NCBI GenBank assembly: GCA_963841565.1
Contig: CAWJCY010000011.1
Coordinates: 1-64,000 of the forward strand
Direction: 5' to 3'
Length of the DNA: 64,000 nucleotides
Source: an uncultured Nitrososphaerales archaeon
GTDB taxonomy: Archaea; Thermoproteota; Nitrososphaeria; Nitrososphaerales; Nitrososphaeraceae
Positions 54,240 to 64,000 of this stretch are shown here, in pieces; the first letter of the stretch is position 1, and each line of letters begins with the position of its first letter. The notes below the pieces were generated by a model. The model was not told the DNA's origin, ran no database searches, and saw only the letters and a list, made by a program, of their open reading frames with translations. A program made the position numbers and the translations under genes.

Positions 54240-55637
54240 TCATATAAGTAAGCCTGTAAAATACATTATTAGCAGTCCTGTAATAAATCCTGCAACAACG
54301 GGTCCTGAGATGTAAGTTGAGGATTTTGGCTTTTGATGATGTGAAATCCATGAAATCAATGAATATACTACTTGGAAGATTGCTCCTGCCCCCACTGATA
54401 AAAATATAACGGCTGCAAGAGGTGAATAAAGAAAGCCGCCAATCCAAGTACCAGCTATTGTTGGAACTCCTGCAATTAATCCCATCAAAACCAACCTTCG
54501 AATCATAGTGCTTCTTTTCGCTTCTGTTTTTGCAATTGGGGCTACTATAGCAAGTCCTTCCGTCGTGTTGTGAAGAGTGAACCCAACAATTAGAAATGTA
54601 CTGAGCGCCACTTCGCCAAGAAGCATGGCAGCACCTATCGCTAATCCTTCTCCAAAATTGTGTAGACCTATTCCAATTGCTATCATCATCGAGATTGTTA
54701 GTGGTTTCAAAAGTTGCTGATATTTCTGCAACTGTATTTGTATCTCTTGTGCGGAAGAGGATATCTTTGCAGATTCGCTGTAAAATTCTCCCTTCCGGTC
54801 TTCTGTTGAGGATTTATCTTGATTCAACGATTCTCCGGCAGATAAGGATGAGGTCGATGGGCGAGTTTTGCCAACTATTGATTTTTCTATGGCCCTCTGA
54901 GTTAATCGTTCAGAAGTATAAAGTAAGATAATAAACGAGGAAATCGTTACTAAGACACTTAACGCCTGACCGTTGAATACCGCGGCCAAATTTTTAATGA
55001 CGATTTCGTTCGCTTCCAGCAGAGCGTCGATTCCCAGAAATATAAGTAGTCCTGCCGTAAGACTGAGAAAAAAACTGTACTTACCAATGCTTATCTTACG
55101 TATGTATGGATACCACAAAAGACCTATCAATATGGGGATCACTCCGACGTATATGCCCAAGGATGTGAAGAGTAATGCTTGATTTGCATCTGGCGTCGGT
55201 GCCAAAGTAGCAGCTTCCACACTCTTACTGAACCTGGTCCCATCAGAGGTGGTTATACCTATTTCGTATGGGGTCCCTGCGATCCAAGGAAAAGGAATCG
55301 TCACCAATGCTTCCCCTAGTCTCTGGATTTTGCTACTAGGTTCTATTGCAGCGGATTGAATTCGGTCATTGACATCAGCTTGCGATACAACTATGTTCAA
55401 AGGACCGGTGTTGCGAATAAATGCCAATATTTGATTGTCATGAAATTCGATCTTTTCAATAGTAACTTGCGGAAGAGGGGTTCCTACATTTATGAGAGAT
55501 TGTCCGTACGGACTAAATAAGAATATAAGCATCCCTGCTAAGACTACGATCGGAACGAATGCAAGAACTATGGAGGTTTTATTGGAGAGGCGTCTACCGG
55601 CCCTTGTATTCCTGTCTTCACTTAACACTTTCGCCAA
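54240..55637 (-). CDS. ZIP family metal transporter with N-terminal extracellular domain
   Basis: GIGLHNFGEGLAIG and GFTLHNTTEGLAI. Confidence 0.92.
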   Translation of the reverse strand: MAKVLSEDRNTRAGRRLSNKTSIVLAFVPIVVLAGMLIFLFSPYGQSLINVGTPLPQVTIEKIEFHDNQILAFIRNTGPLNIVVSQADVNDRIQSAAIEPSSKIQRLGEALVTIPFPWIAGTPYEIGITTSDGTRFSKSVEAATLAPTPDANQALLFTSLGIYVGVIPILIGLLWYPYIRKISIGKYSFFLSLTAGLLIFLGIDALLEANEIVIKNLAAVFNGQALSVLVTISSFIILLYTSERLTQRAIEKSIVGKTRPSTSSLSAGESLNQDKSSTEDRKGEFYSESAKISSSAQEIQIQLQKYQQLLKPLTISMMIAIGIGLHNFGEGLAIGAAMLLGEVALSTFLIVGFTLHNTTEGLAIVAPIAKTEAKRSTMIRRLVLMGLIAGVPTIAGTWIGGFLYSPLAAVIFLSVGAGAIFQVVYSLISWISHHQKPKSSTYISGPVVAGFITGLLIMYFTGLLI

Positions 55638-55672
55638 CCACTCCTGGCAATACTGAATGTGCGAGTATACAT

Positions 55673-56852
55673 TTATAATTGGGCTCCGGAGGTCTCAGGT
55701 GATCTATTTACAAAGGAGTTATTCATTGAATCGTAAAAGATGCTACTGCTATTTGTCGGAATTGATGTCTGTGATTCATTCCCATCCGTAACAAAAAATG
55801 TACCCATCCACCCTTTCTCTGCAAACTCGGTTTTGTGTGCATGAAACATAAATTTTCCAGGATATTTGTATTTGAATTCCAATATGCCTCTCTCTCCCTG
55901 ATTTGTGGTAACAATATCAGTAAGCTCATCCGGTTGTAGGCGAGTGCCGCTTGGATAGTAATCAAACATATTCGCATGAAGATGGAAATTGTTGAGAGGA
56001 TCGAATTCTAACATATTTACTAGATATATCCTTACCAGCTTATCCTTCTGAATCTGCACAGGATGGTGCATATAATAATAGGGTACTCCATTGACGGTGT
56101 AAAAGTTATTCTCGGTGTCAAAATCAGTATCATATCCGTTCATAACCATGACCATCTCATCAGCGGGGGGACGTGGAGGCTGAGGGTCGACAATGAAGAC
56201 TCCATACAGGCCATGAGCAATGTGCTCTTCCAGAGGTGTCATGTGACAATGGTACGGGAAAACACCAAAGGGCTCTGCTGTGAATTCGTATGTGAATTCA
56301 CCACCAGGTGAGATCATCTCAAAAACCCCGTCCATATTTGCAGGATGAACACCATGCAAATGTAACGAATGTGGCATTGAGCCATTATTAATGAAGTTTA
56401 TCCGTACTAGATCTCCTTCAGTAGCTCGAATGGTCGGGCCCGGGACAGTACCGTTGAATGTCCACACATTATAAAATACTCCCGGTGAAATCTCCTTCAC
56501 TAAATTATCTGAGGCAATCAAAGTAAACTCTCTGAGTGTTTTTCCATCTGGGAGTTTCGATACTGTCCCATAGTTAAATTCTCGAAGATACTTCATAGGA
56601 TCAACGACGGCATTGGCTGGGTTTCCATCAAATGATGTTTGAAGAGGGTCCAGAATGTTGCCAGAAGTGGTGGTAATTGGATAGCCCGGGGTATGACTAC
56701 CAACAACCTTTGAGTTGGATTCAATGTTAGAAGTCTGTGCCGCGCTCATTATCGAATTAATACTCTTGTAACCTCCAGAACCGATCGTAATGATTACAGG
56801 CAGCAGCCGTAGAAATTATAGCAATAGCAATAAGTAAAGGAGAAATATGCAT
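55673..56852 (-). CDS. Two-domain multicopper oxidase (signal peptide separated by a frameshift near 56800)
   Basis: HSLHLHG, YHCH..PLEEHIAHGL, NNFHLH, MFHAH. ATG 56852 begins a hydrophobic signal in another frame. Confidence 0.9.
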
Positions 56853-56879
56853 GATTACCAAATTGTTAATGGCTTTAAT

Positions 56880-56898
56880 AAATCTTAGCCTAATCTAA
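56880..56898. promoter_or_regulatory. Putative DtxR/MntR operator
   Basis: AAATCTTAGCCTAATCTAA matches the DtxR consensus TTAGGTTAGCCTAACCTAA at 13 of the last 14 positions. It lies about 30 nt upstream of the MCO-ZIP-DtxR operon. Confidence 0.7.
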
Positions 56899-57345
56899 GT
56901 TTATTCATGCCCACGATTAATGTTACTTAGATAAACGATTTTTAGAGAATTGAATATCATTCCTCTTTTCCAGTTGAAGTGACTGCTAGGATAATGTTTT
57001 TGACATAGGCCCCTTTATAAAAAAAGAAGACGGTTATGATATCCTTTGAAATTGCTAGCCTAATGATTTGATCTTCATACAGTTTCAACTTCTCATTTCA
57101 TGAGGTGCTAGATTTAAGATGATCAAGTGCCCAAGAATGCCATAGGTGCAAGAGCGCGGTATCACTTGATCCAATAAAAATAAACTCTCTAGGTATAATC
57201 TCTCCTGACTTGAAATTAGAGAACCCGCTAGACAAGGATATCCATAGGTTCATCCAATTTCGCGGCGTTACAAAATCAGAGCAGATGCCAATCTAAAAGA
57301 AATGCAGTAAAAGCCCAAAGGAAAGTTAGCTGACTAGTTAGGAGT

Positions 57346-58284
57346 CTACTTAGTGATTCTCTTAAAGGAATTGGCAGGCAATTCTAAACCTGCAAAGGTT
57401 ACAGGATTAATTATTTTTGCCAATATTTCCAATCCTACCACAATTCTAGGTCCAGGTTTGCTAAAATATGCATTTGCGTTTACAATGTATACCTCTCCAT
57501 GATTAACTGCGTCTAATGCCTTCCATCCATCGTTATCATTTAGAGCGTCCATCTCCTTGTAGGTCCTCTCAATGTCGAACCCGCACGGCATAAGAACTAT
57601 CTTATCTGGTTGATATTGAGAAATTTCGTCAAACCTTATATGCCGCGACGGTTCTCCGCGTGAGCTTATGCCGTTTATCCCACCTGCAATCTCGACCATT
57701 CGGGGTATCCAATGACCAGCGACATAGAACGGATCGATCCACTCTATGCATATTACCCTGGGCCTCTTGATTTTTTCATCAAGTTTCTGCTGTGCCTCCA
57801 CTTCTACTCTTTTAATCCGCTGTCGTAACTTGGATACCAGTAAATAACCCTCTTCAGATTTATCGACTTGCTTTGCAACATCCTGGATGCTGTTCAAGAT
57901 ATCATCAAGATCATGAGGGTCAAGTACGATTAAGTCTGGTTTATACCCCAGAATTTCGAACGCCTTCTCTATTTCCTTGGTGTGAGGAGCACATACTTCA
58001 CAAACACCTTGAGCAATTATAATGTCAGGCATTGCATCCTTTAGGATGTTGCTGTCTAGAACGTAAATTTCTCCTCCAATTCTAGACAATTCTCCGATCC
58101 GACCATCAATTTCAAGGCTGTTCATCGTGGTGAAATCCATGGCCGCATTGACCACCCTTGGTTTTTTTCTCGCCGAATCGGGGTATTTGCATTCATGCGT
58201 GACACCGGTGATCTGTGTTTCTAGTCCCAACTCGTACAAGATTTCCGTGGAGCTGGGCAAGAAAGATACTATTCTCCTAACCAA
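57346..58284 (-). CDS. BtuF-like cobalamin/Fe-siderophore binding protein
   Basis: RIVSFLPSSTEILYELG, GVTHECKYP, EWIDP...GHW, FSKPGPR. Confidence 0.88.
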   Translation of the reverse strand: MVRRIVSFLPSSTEILYELGLETQITGVTHECKYPDSARKKPRVVNAAMDFTTMNSLEIDGRIGELSRIGGEIYVLDSNILKDAMPDIIIAQGVCEVCAPHTKEIEKAFEILGYKPDLIVLDPHDLDDILNSIQDVAKQVDKSEEGYLLVSKLRQRIKRVEVEAQQKLDEKIKRPRVICIEWIDPFYVAGHWIPRMVEIAGGINGISSRGEPSRHIRFDEISQYQPDKIVLMPCGFDIERTYKEMDALNDNDGWKALDAVNHGEVYIVNANAYFSKPGPRIVVGLEILAKIINPVTFAGLELPANSFKRITK

Positions 58285-58533
58285 ATCGATTGACTCTCCA
58301 GTTTCTGACCTTTCTAATAGTTACAGTTCCTATTACTTTTTTGCATTCGCAACCATTTTTAAAGCCAATAAATGTAGGTGGAATTCTAATTCTCTTGCTT
58401 GCTATTTACCGGGGTCTGAGCACGATATTACGAAATTAAGGTCTGCTTTTTTGTGGCGTTGCCTTGCTCCTGCTTAGTTAGTCACTGCTAGTTAGTCACG
58501 TTTATATATCTGGACGTCACATATATCTGTAAG

Positions 58534-59181
58534 GTGAATTTGAAGAGAATGAGTTTTTGGAATATAGAACCGGATAGTTGGTTCTCAGGAGTGAGGAGAT
58601 TACTGCCCTTATTAAATGGAGAGACTAGATCAACATTCTTCGATGAAGTACTTACAGATTTTTCAAAAATGAAAGAAGAGCTAGAACTTCTAGAGAGACA
58701 AGCACCCAAAGAACTTGTCTCAGAATACAAAGAATCGGATGGAACCAAAGTTCGAAAAATAGGTCCTATAGTTTATGGGTATTCAATGACGGTCGGCCCT
58801 GACGGTAAGCCTGTGATCCGCGAATTTGGTAACGTCAAGAGAGGTCAAATATATGGTCTCAATGCTGACGTTAAGCCAGCTAGACCAGAAATTGGGGAAG
58901 AAAGGGAACCCATGATCGACGTATTAACAACAGAAGGCAATGTCAAAGTGACCGTAGAAATGCCTGGAGTTGAGAAGGACAAGATCAAGATCGATGCCTA
59001 TGACAACACCGTAGAGGTAAGAAGTCTTGAGCCAACAAGAAAATATCACAAGCTAATAGACTTGCCTACAGAAGCAGATGTAAAAACAGCCCGATCGAAG
59101 TACAACAATGGCATCTTAGAAATAACCTTTGATAAGAAAAAGGAGACAAAACCAAAGGGAAAGCAGATCAAGATCGAATAA
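58534..59181 (+). CDS. hsp20: Archaeal small heat-shock protein
   Basis: GPIVYGYSMTVGPDGKP..REFGN, EMPGVEK, YNNGILEI. Confidence 0.93.
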   Translation: MNLKRMSFWNIEPDSWFSGVRRLLPLLNGETRSTFFDEVLTDFSKMKEELELLERQAPKELVSEYKESDGTKVRKIGPIVYGYSMTVGPDGKPVIREFGNVKRGQIYGLNADVKPARPEIGEEREPMIDVLTTEGNVKVTVEMPGVEKDKIKIDAYDNTVEVRSLEPTRKYHKLIDLPTEADVKTARSKYNNGILEITFDKKKETKPKGKQIKIE

Positions 59182-59657
59182 TAAATAGGAGTACACGAAA
59201 CCAATTTTTATTGCAGTGGTCTCGATTCCATTGTTAACTTTCATTTTTTTCCTATGAGAACCTGTTATTCTCAAATTCTATTAATACATAACCATAGCGA
59301 TTTACCTCAGTTTTATTAGTAACATATTAAAGTATTCAAAGAGGAACGTTCCTTATTTCTGCGAAGGTCAATAGATTATTCAAACCAGATGTTCTTTTGG
59401 TTGATGTGCCTTGTTCATGTGGCAGCCAAACCGAAAATGTTGTCAAAGAAGATAGTTCTTAACGATACCTAATTCTCGATGCGAGGCATGCATTCATGCA
59501 TCCTAAAATTACATGACATCAATTTTTTATATCTGTTAACTTCCAACGAGACCAAGCATAACATCCTAAATGAAGCCTGGTAACTAAATTTCTCACAATT
59601 CCATGAAAACGTTTCGTAGAAATCAGTATTAACGATACCACCTAACTCCGCAATTTT

Positions 59658-60029
59658 CTAAGATAATCGTTTCTTCAGTTTCGTAATAAATGAATTACTA
59701 GCCAATGTAGTAAATTTACCAAAATAATTTACCTGTTTTTTGAGAGTCCTAGATACTGTCCCTGCATCACTTGCCACTCTAATCCCTTTTCTTGTCAAAG
59801 CGTACTGTCCTTCATCGGTTTGAGACAGCAGGTCTTCTTCCACCAGTTTGGCGAGCAATGGGTAGACGTTTTTAGGCGAGGGTTTCAATGTTCCTCCACT
59901 ATTAATTAATAATGTTTCGATTATCTCTTTTCCATTCATAGGTCTATCCTTGAGCATGTTTAAAAGATACATTCGTGGGAAGCCTCTATTTAGCAAAGTG
60001 GTGGCCTTATCTGCCCATCCGGAACGCAT
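59658..60029 (-). CDS. PadR family transcriptional regulator
   Basis: PMNGKEI, PSP..VYPLL..L...L......Y.LT.KG. Confidence 0.85.
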   Translation of the reverse strand: MRSGWADKATTLLNRGFPRMYLLNMLKDRPMNGKEIIETLLINSGGTLKPSPKNVYPLLAKLVEEDLLSQTDEGQYALTRKGIRVASDAGTVSRTLKKQVNYFGKFTTLASNSFITKLKKRLS

Positions 60030-60451
60030 TTGTGTTACTCCTACCTACCCATACGACATATAAAAAGCTGAGCCAACCTAATCACTTTGAACCCTTCTAA
60101 CACAAAATCCATATGTCAGGATCCTCACGTTGTTTCACTTCCATTGCAAAGAGGTTTACATGAATTTCGGCAGAAGATCTCTCACAAAATTAGATGGAAC
60201 ATAAGTTATACAGATGAGCTGAGGATCATCCCTTAAGATGCAGAGCTCGCTGTCCTTAGTTTTGATAACGAAAATTATTTTCATAAATAATGTCATGAAA
60301 ATAGCCTTCGACAGATTCGACTGACCTACGACTAACTCTGCGTTCACTTAAGCTGTGAATGTTTTGTACAAATCAACGACCCTCTGAGAAGTGACAAATA
60401 TGATGTCTTTAATTAACAAATGAGTAAAAGATTGATGGTAGTTGTCAGATC

Positions 60452-61105
60452 TTGTCAATGGATTTTGTGTTAGTAGAAAAGGGAATGTCACCTGCATACT
60501 TTAAACAAGTAGAGAGGATTTATCTAGATTCATTTCCGGTTTCACAGATTAGGCCTAGCAAGATGATTACCCGTATGCTTGAATTTGACCCAAAATATCA
60601 TCTCCTGGTGGTGCGACAAGGTGACCTCATAGTGGGATTCACTTTGGTCTACGCTTTCAATGAATTGGATGTTGCATTCCTTGATTTCATGGCGATAGAT
60701 AAGACGTATAGAAACCGAGGCGTTGGTAGTAACCTGTTCAGATATACGATAAATACATCAAAGCGGCTTGTGACGAATTCCATTGGGTTGATCTTCGAGG
60801 TTGAACGTGAAAGCACTATAGAGCATAATAAACATGGACTCAGACACAGACGCGTTTTGTTTTATAAAAGGCATGGGGCCAAGGCCTTGGATAATGTACA
60901 CTGTATGCTGCCTGACCTACATGGGGGTAAGCCCCTGGACATGTACTTGATGATTATTCCAAATCGGGAACTTGCCTATCTTGAGAAAGGATTTGTTTTT
61001 CGTGTAATAAAGAGCATTTATCTGAGTATGTACAATTATCATGATGAGTCGAACTTTTTAGATCTCGCTATTGATGGTTTGCCCCCAAAGATTAGACTAA
61101 TTTGA
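60452..61105 (+). CDS. GNAT family acetyltransferase
   Basis: LDFMAIDKTYRNRGVGS, FEVE, RRVLFYKRHG. Confidence 0.88.
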   Translation: MSMDFVLVEKGMSPAYFKQVERIYLDSFPVSQIRPSKMITRMLEFDPKYHLLVVRQGDLIVGFTLVYAFNELDVAFLDFMAIDKTYRNRGVGSNLFRYTINTSKRLVTNSIGLIFEVERESTIEHNKHGLRHRRVLFYKRHGAKALDNVHCMLPDLHGGKPLDMYLMIIPNRELAYLEKGFVFRVIKSIYLSMYNYHDESNFLDLAIDGLPPKIRLI

Positions 61106-61134
61106 CTGAATTTACACAAAACAAAATCATGGTG

Positions 61135-61296
61135 TTAATTTTTCTCGTCACCGTGAAGCTTAATAACTTCTCTCAATTTGTCCGAAACAGTCGGTAGGAT
61201 ACGCGGATCGTCACTAGGTGGTAAAATATAGTCAGGGCACAAATGTTCTTGTTCCACTAAATCTGCGATGCCCTTGACGACAGCCACTAGCGCCAG
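61135..61296 (-). pseudogene. Remnant resembling the C-terminus of malic enzyme
   Basis: LVAVVKGIADLVEQEHLCPDYILPPSDDPRILPTVSDKLREVIK resembles the AA.AIA.LV..L..DYIIP...D.R end of malic enzymes. No upstream domain is present. Confidence 0.45.
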
Positions 61297-62512
61297 TCAT
61301 GGGAAGGCCCTCTTCCGAAATTTGTTGTTATCCTGCTTTGGATCGCTATCTTCCCCATTAAAATACGATGTAATGCAATAGCATCATTCTCGAGTTTCAA
61401 TTTAGATGGACTTTGTGGCACTCTCCATATTGCTTATCGTATCCTTCTCTTGCTATAGCATATTTTTTGCAATTTCTCCCATGCCTAGAAACGCACTTGG
61501 AATTCTTTTTGTGACTATATATGTCAGATTCTCACAGAACAGAATTGTGAACCAGTCATCTTGGTTTCTCGCTGTCAATTGTCGTTGACAATTTCTGTTA
61601 AATCATAGAGAGTAAGACAACCAATTCCAACAACGGAATTCATTAAGGATGCTCATTCCAAAAAATTGCGCAAAAGTTTAATTGAAATTGCGACTAGAAG
61701 AGAATTCTTTATAACTTGAAAGCTCAAAAGAGCATTTCTAAGATGATAAATTTCAGACTTTCACTAATTGAATTCATTTTTGGAAACAAATAAATAACGC
61801 TGTCTTAGTTTTGTTACTACTAAAGTACTACCATTAAATGCCTCTAATAGTAGATAGATATTTTATAAATGTCAGTGTGGGTAGTTCAGTTGGTGATTGG
61901 CTTATGTGAGCAGAATTGGGATATAATAAAACTAGGAAAATAGTAGTTATCGTAATCAGACTAATTGCCATAAACTTCTAAATCGGTCTTTATTCAAGAA
62001 CATAAAGAGTTTAACATAAGAGATTACAATAGGGTCAAATCGAGTGGAGAAACATAATCCTATGACCACGGATTTGATAGAGGTTCAATCTTCAGACCGT
62101 TTGCTTAGTCATAGGCCCTCCTCGACCGGATAGGAAGAGACTCATCGTTTCTTCTTAAGTGAATAAGCACTTATTTATGATCTGCCTTTCTCTAAATCTC
62201 AAATGTCCTATACCAGTATCTAGCAGATTGATTAGTCATTAGAATAAGGAAATAATTCAATGAGAATAAATCTTGGCCTTTATTATTATATGTTTGATAA
62301 AAGCGACAATAAATGCCTTTGAACTAAATAAATTATTATAATATTAACAACATCGCTATGTTCCAGTCTCGGCGTTCATATTCCTTTTTGTGCCGATCTT
62401 CTCATTGTCTATTGATCCTTATTGAGCTTGCCAAATAATAGTTATTTAAGTCGATTGTTTTTAATATGCGAAGGTTTTAATTTCAGAAGAATCGCTGACC
62501 TAATTGTAACAC

Positions 62513-64000
62513 TTGGCCAGCTCTTCTTCTGGAGAGTCATCCACGCCTTCGTATCGTCCTCAAGAACACCACTTGGTTCGCTCCCTGACCCTCCTCGATG
62601 TAGTAATGGTCGGAATCGCCGCCATGATCGGTGGCTCGATTTTTGTACTGACTGGACCTGCAATCGGACTGGCTGGGAGTGCGGTAATAATTGCATTCAT
62701 AATCAATGCAACGATAACCCTGTTTACAGCAATGGCCTATGCCGAACTCGGGTCAGCAATGCCCGAGGCGGGTGGTGGTTATCTTTGGGTACGTGAAGGT
62801 CTTCCTCGTCCAAATGCGTTTATTAGCGGGTGGATGGCATGGTTTGCGCACATCGTTGCCGGGAGTTTGTACGCAGTAAGTTTTGCCTCATTTTTTAATG
62901 GCTTGTTGATGCAGCTTAATCTCTTTAAGGATGTGGGTTCAGAGGGAACCCTGCTAATTCTAGGTATAATTCCCTTGGACAAAATTATTGCAGTTGCATC
63001 CGTTGCCGCATTTACTTACGTCAATTTTAAGGGAACTTCTGAAACTGGCAAGACTGGCGATATTGTTACGGTAATCCAACTAGGTTTGATATTTGCATTG
63101 ATAGGCGCGGGTTTATGGACCATGCATTCTAATCCAGGATGGACGATGAACTTTTCTGACTTTATGCCTATGGGAATTGCTGGTGTTGTAGCTGCAATGG
63201 GATTGACGTTTATTGCATTTGAGGGATACGAGGTTATAGTTCAAACGGGCGAGGAGGTCAAAAATCCTAAGCGAAATATTCCAAGAGCGATTTTCATTTC
63301 TTTATCTGCGGTCGTTGTCTTGTATTGTCTTATAGCGTTTGTATCTATTGGGGCTATCTTTCCTGAAGGTGGAGTACCTTCATGGAAATTCATAGGCGAT
63401 CAGGGCGAATTGGGAATAAGTGCTGCCGCTGAATTGATCATTCCTTATGGTGCATTCATAGTTCTTGGAGGAGGAATGATTTCCACGCTAGCCGCCCTAA
63501 ATGCAACAACCTTCTCGTCAGCAAGGGTCGCTTTTGCCATGGGAAGACATTACAATCTGCCACATAAGTTTAGCGAGATCCATCCTAGGAATAAAACACC
63601 GTACATTGCAATTCTCCTTTCTGGTCTCATAATGGCGGTGATGGCCTCTGGCTTACCTCTAGATCAAATTGCTATCGCCGCTGGAGTAATCTTTCTTTTA
63701 CTCTTTACACAAGTCAATCTTGCTGCGATAAATATACGAAGGATTTATGGAGATAAACTAGATTACGGGTTTAAAACACCCTTCTTCCCTGTTATTCCGA
63801 TCATTGGGATCTTTCTGAAGATTGGCTTGGCAATTTACCTACTTTTGACTGAACCCTTGAGCTGGTTAATCACTATAGTTTGGGTTGCGATTGGTTTTGC
63901 GGTATATCGAGTATATATCTTTCGAAAGGAACTTGAGCATTATGCTCCAACGGTTACCAGCGAAGGAGCATTGGAAAGGAAAGACTTTCGAATTTTAATC
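62513..64000 (+). CDS. APC-family amino acid permease (runs off the window)
   Basis: TTG 62513, then LTLLDVVMVGIAAMIGGSIF, YAELGSAMPEAGGGY, FIAFEGYE, GEEVKNPKRNIPRAI, SSARVAFAMGR. Confidence 0.93.
   Translation, partial: MASSSSGESSTPSYRPQEHHLVRSLTLLDVVMVGIAAMIGGSIFVLTGPAIGLAGSAVIIAFIINATITLFTAMAYAELGSAMPEAGGGYLWVREGLPRPNAFISGWMAWFAHIVAGSLYAVSFASFFNGLLMQLNLFKDVGSEGTLLILGIIPLDKIIAVASVAAFTYVNFKGTSETGKTGDIVTVIQLGLIFALIGAGLWTMHSNPGWTMNFSDFMPMGIAGVVAAMGLTFIAFEGYEVIVQTGEEVKNPKRNIPRAIFISLSAVVVLYCLIAFVSIGAIFPEGGVPSWKFIGDQGELGISAAAELIIPYGAFIVLGGGMISTLAALNATTFSSARVAFAMGRHYNLPHKFSEIHPRNKTPYIAILLSGLIMAVMASGLPLDQIAIAAGVIFLLLFTQVNLAAINIRRIYGDKLDYGFKTPFFPVIPIIGIFLKIGLAIYLLLTEPLSWLITIVWVAIGFAVYRVYIFRKELEHYAPTVTSEGALERKDFRILI

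Noticed and set aside
55673-56852. nirK call
   Set aside because: The His pattern (HxH motifs in both domains) and the ZIP/DtxR context fit a two-domain MCO better.
62422-62982. Three short tracked ORFs
   Set aside because: They overlap the APC permease, which the track missed because it has no stop codon in the window.

Overview
AT-rich archaeal DNA that looks like a soil ammonia-oxidising archaeon (Nitrososphaeraceae). The basis is rpl13e, UPF0147, F420-dependent enzymes, single-domain response regulators and a two-domain multicopper oxidase-ZIP-DtxR operon; the taxonomy is inferred from gene content. Roughly 1-28.5 kb is accessory and partly decayed, and the rest is mostly housekeeping (Moco biosynthesis, HtrA, Hsp20, metal uptake, an APC permease). 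No rRNA, tRNA or CRISPR array was recognised. The main finding is at 92-3055: a tandem array of small secreted-peptide precursor genes, each directly upstream of an uncharacterised ~10-TM membrane protein with a conserved C-terminal helical tail. The precursors have a signal peptide, an NxT/S-rich spacer, a shared SG[HQ]ISG motif and a variable Cys-containing tail. One pair is intact; the second pair, whose precursor the ORF track misses, is decayed in both genes. A third full-length membrane paralogue lies at 13754-15175, and a 50-aa ORF encoding only the tail lies at 6640-6792. This is a candidate archaeal peptide ligand-receptor (or peptide-immunity) system. Also notable are a secreted M23 peptidoglycan-hydrolase-like gene, a decayed tyrosine-integrase element and a DtxR operator. 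Many single-base frameshifts in conserved genes may be sequencing or assembly errors.
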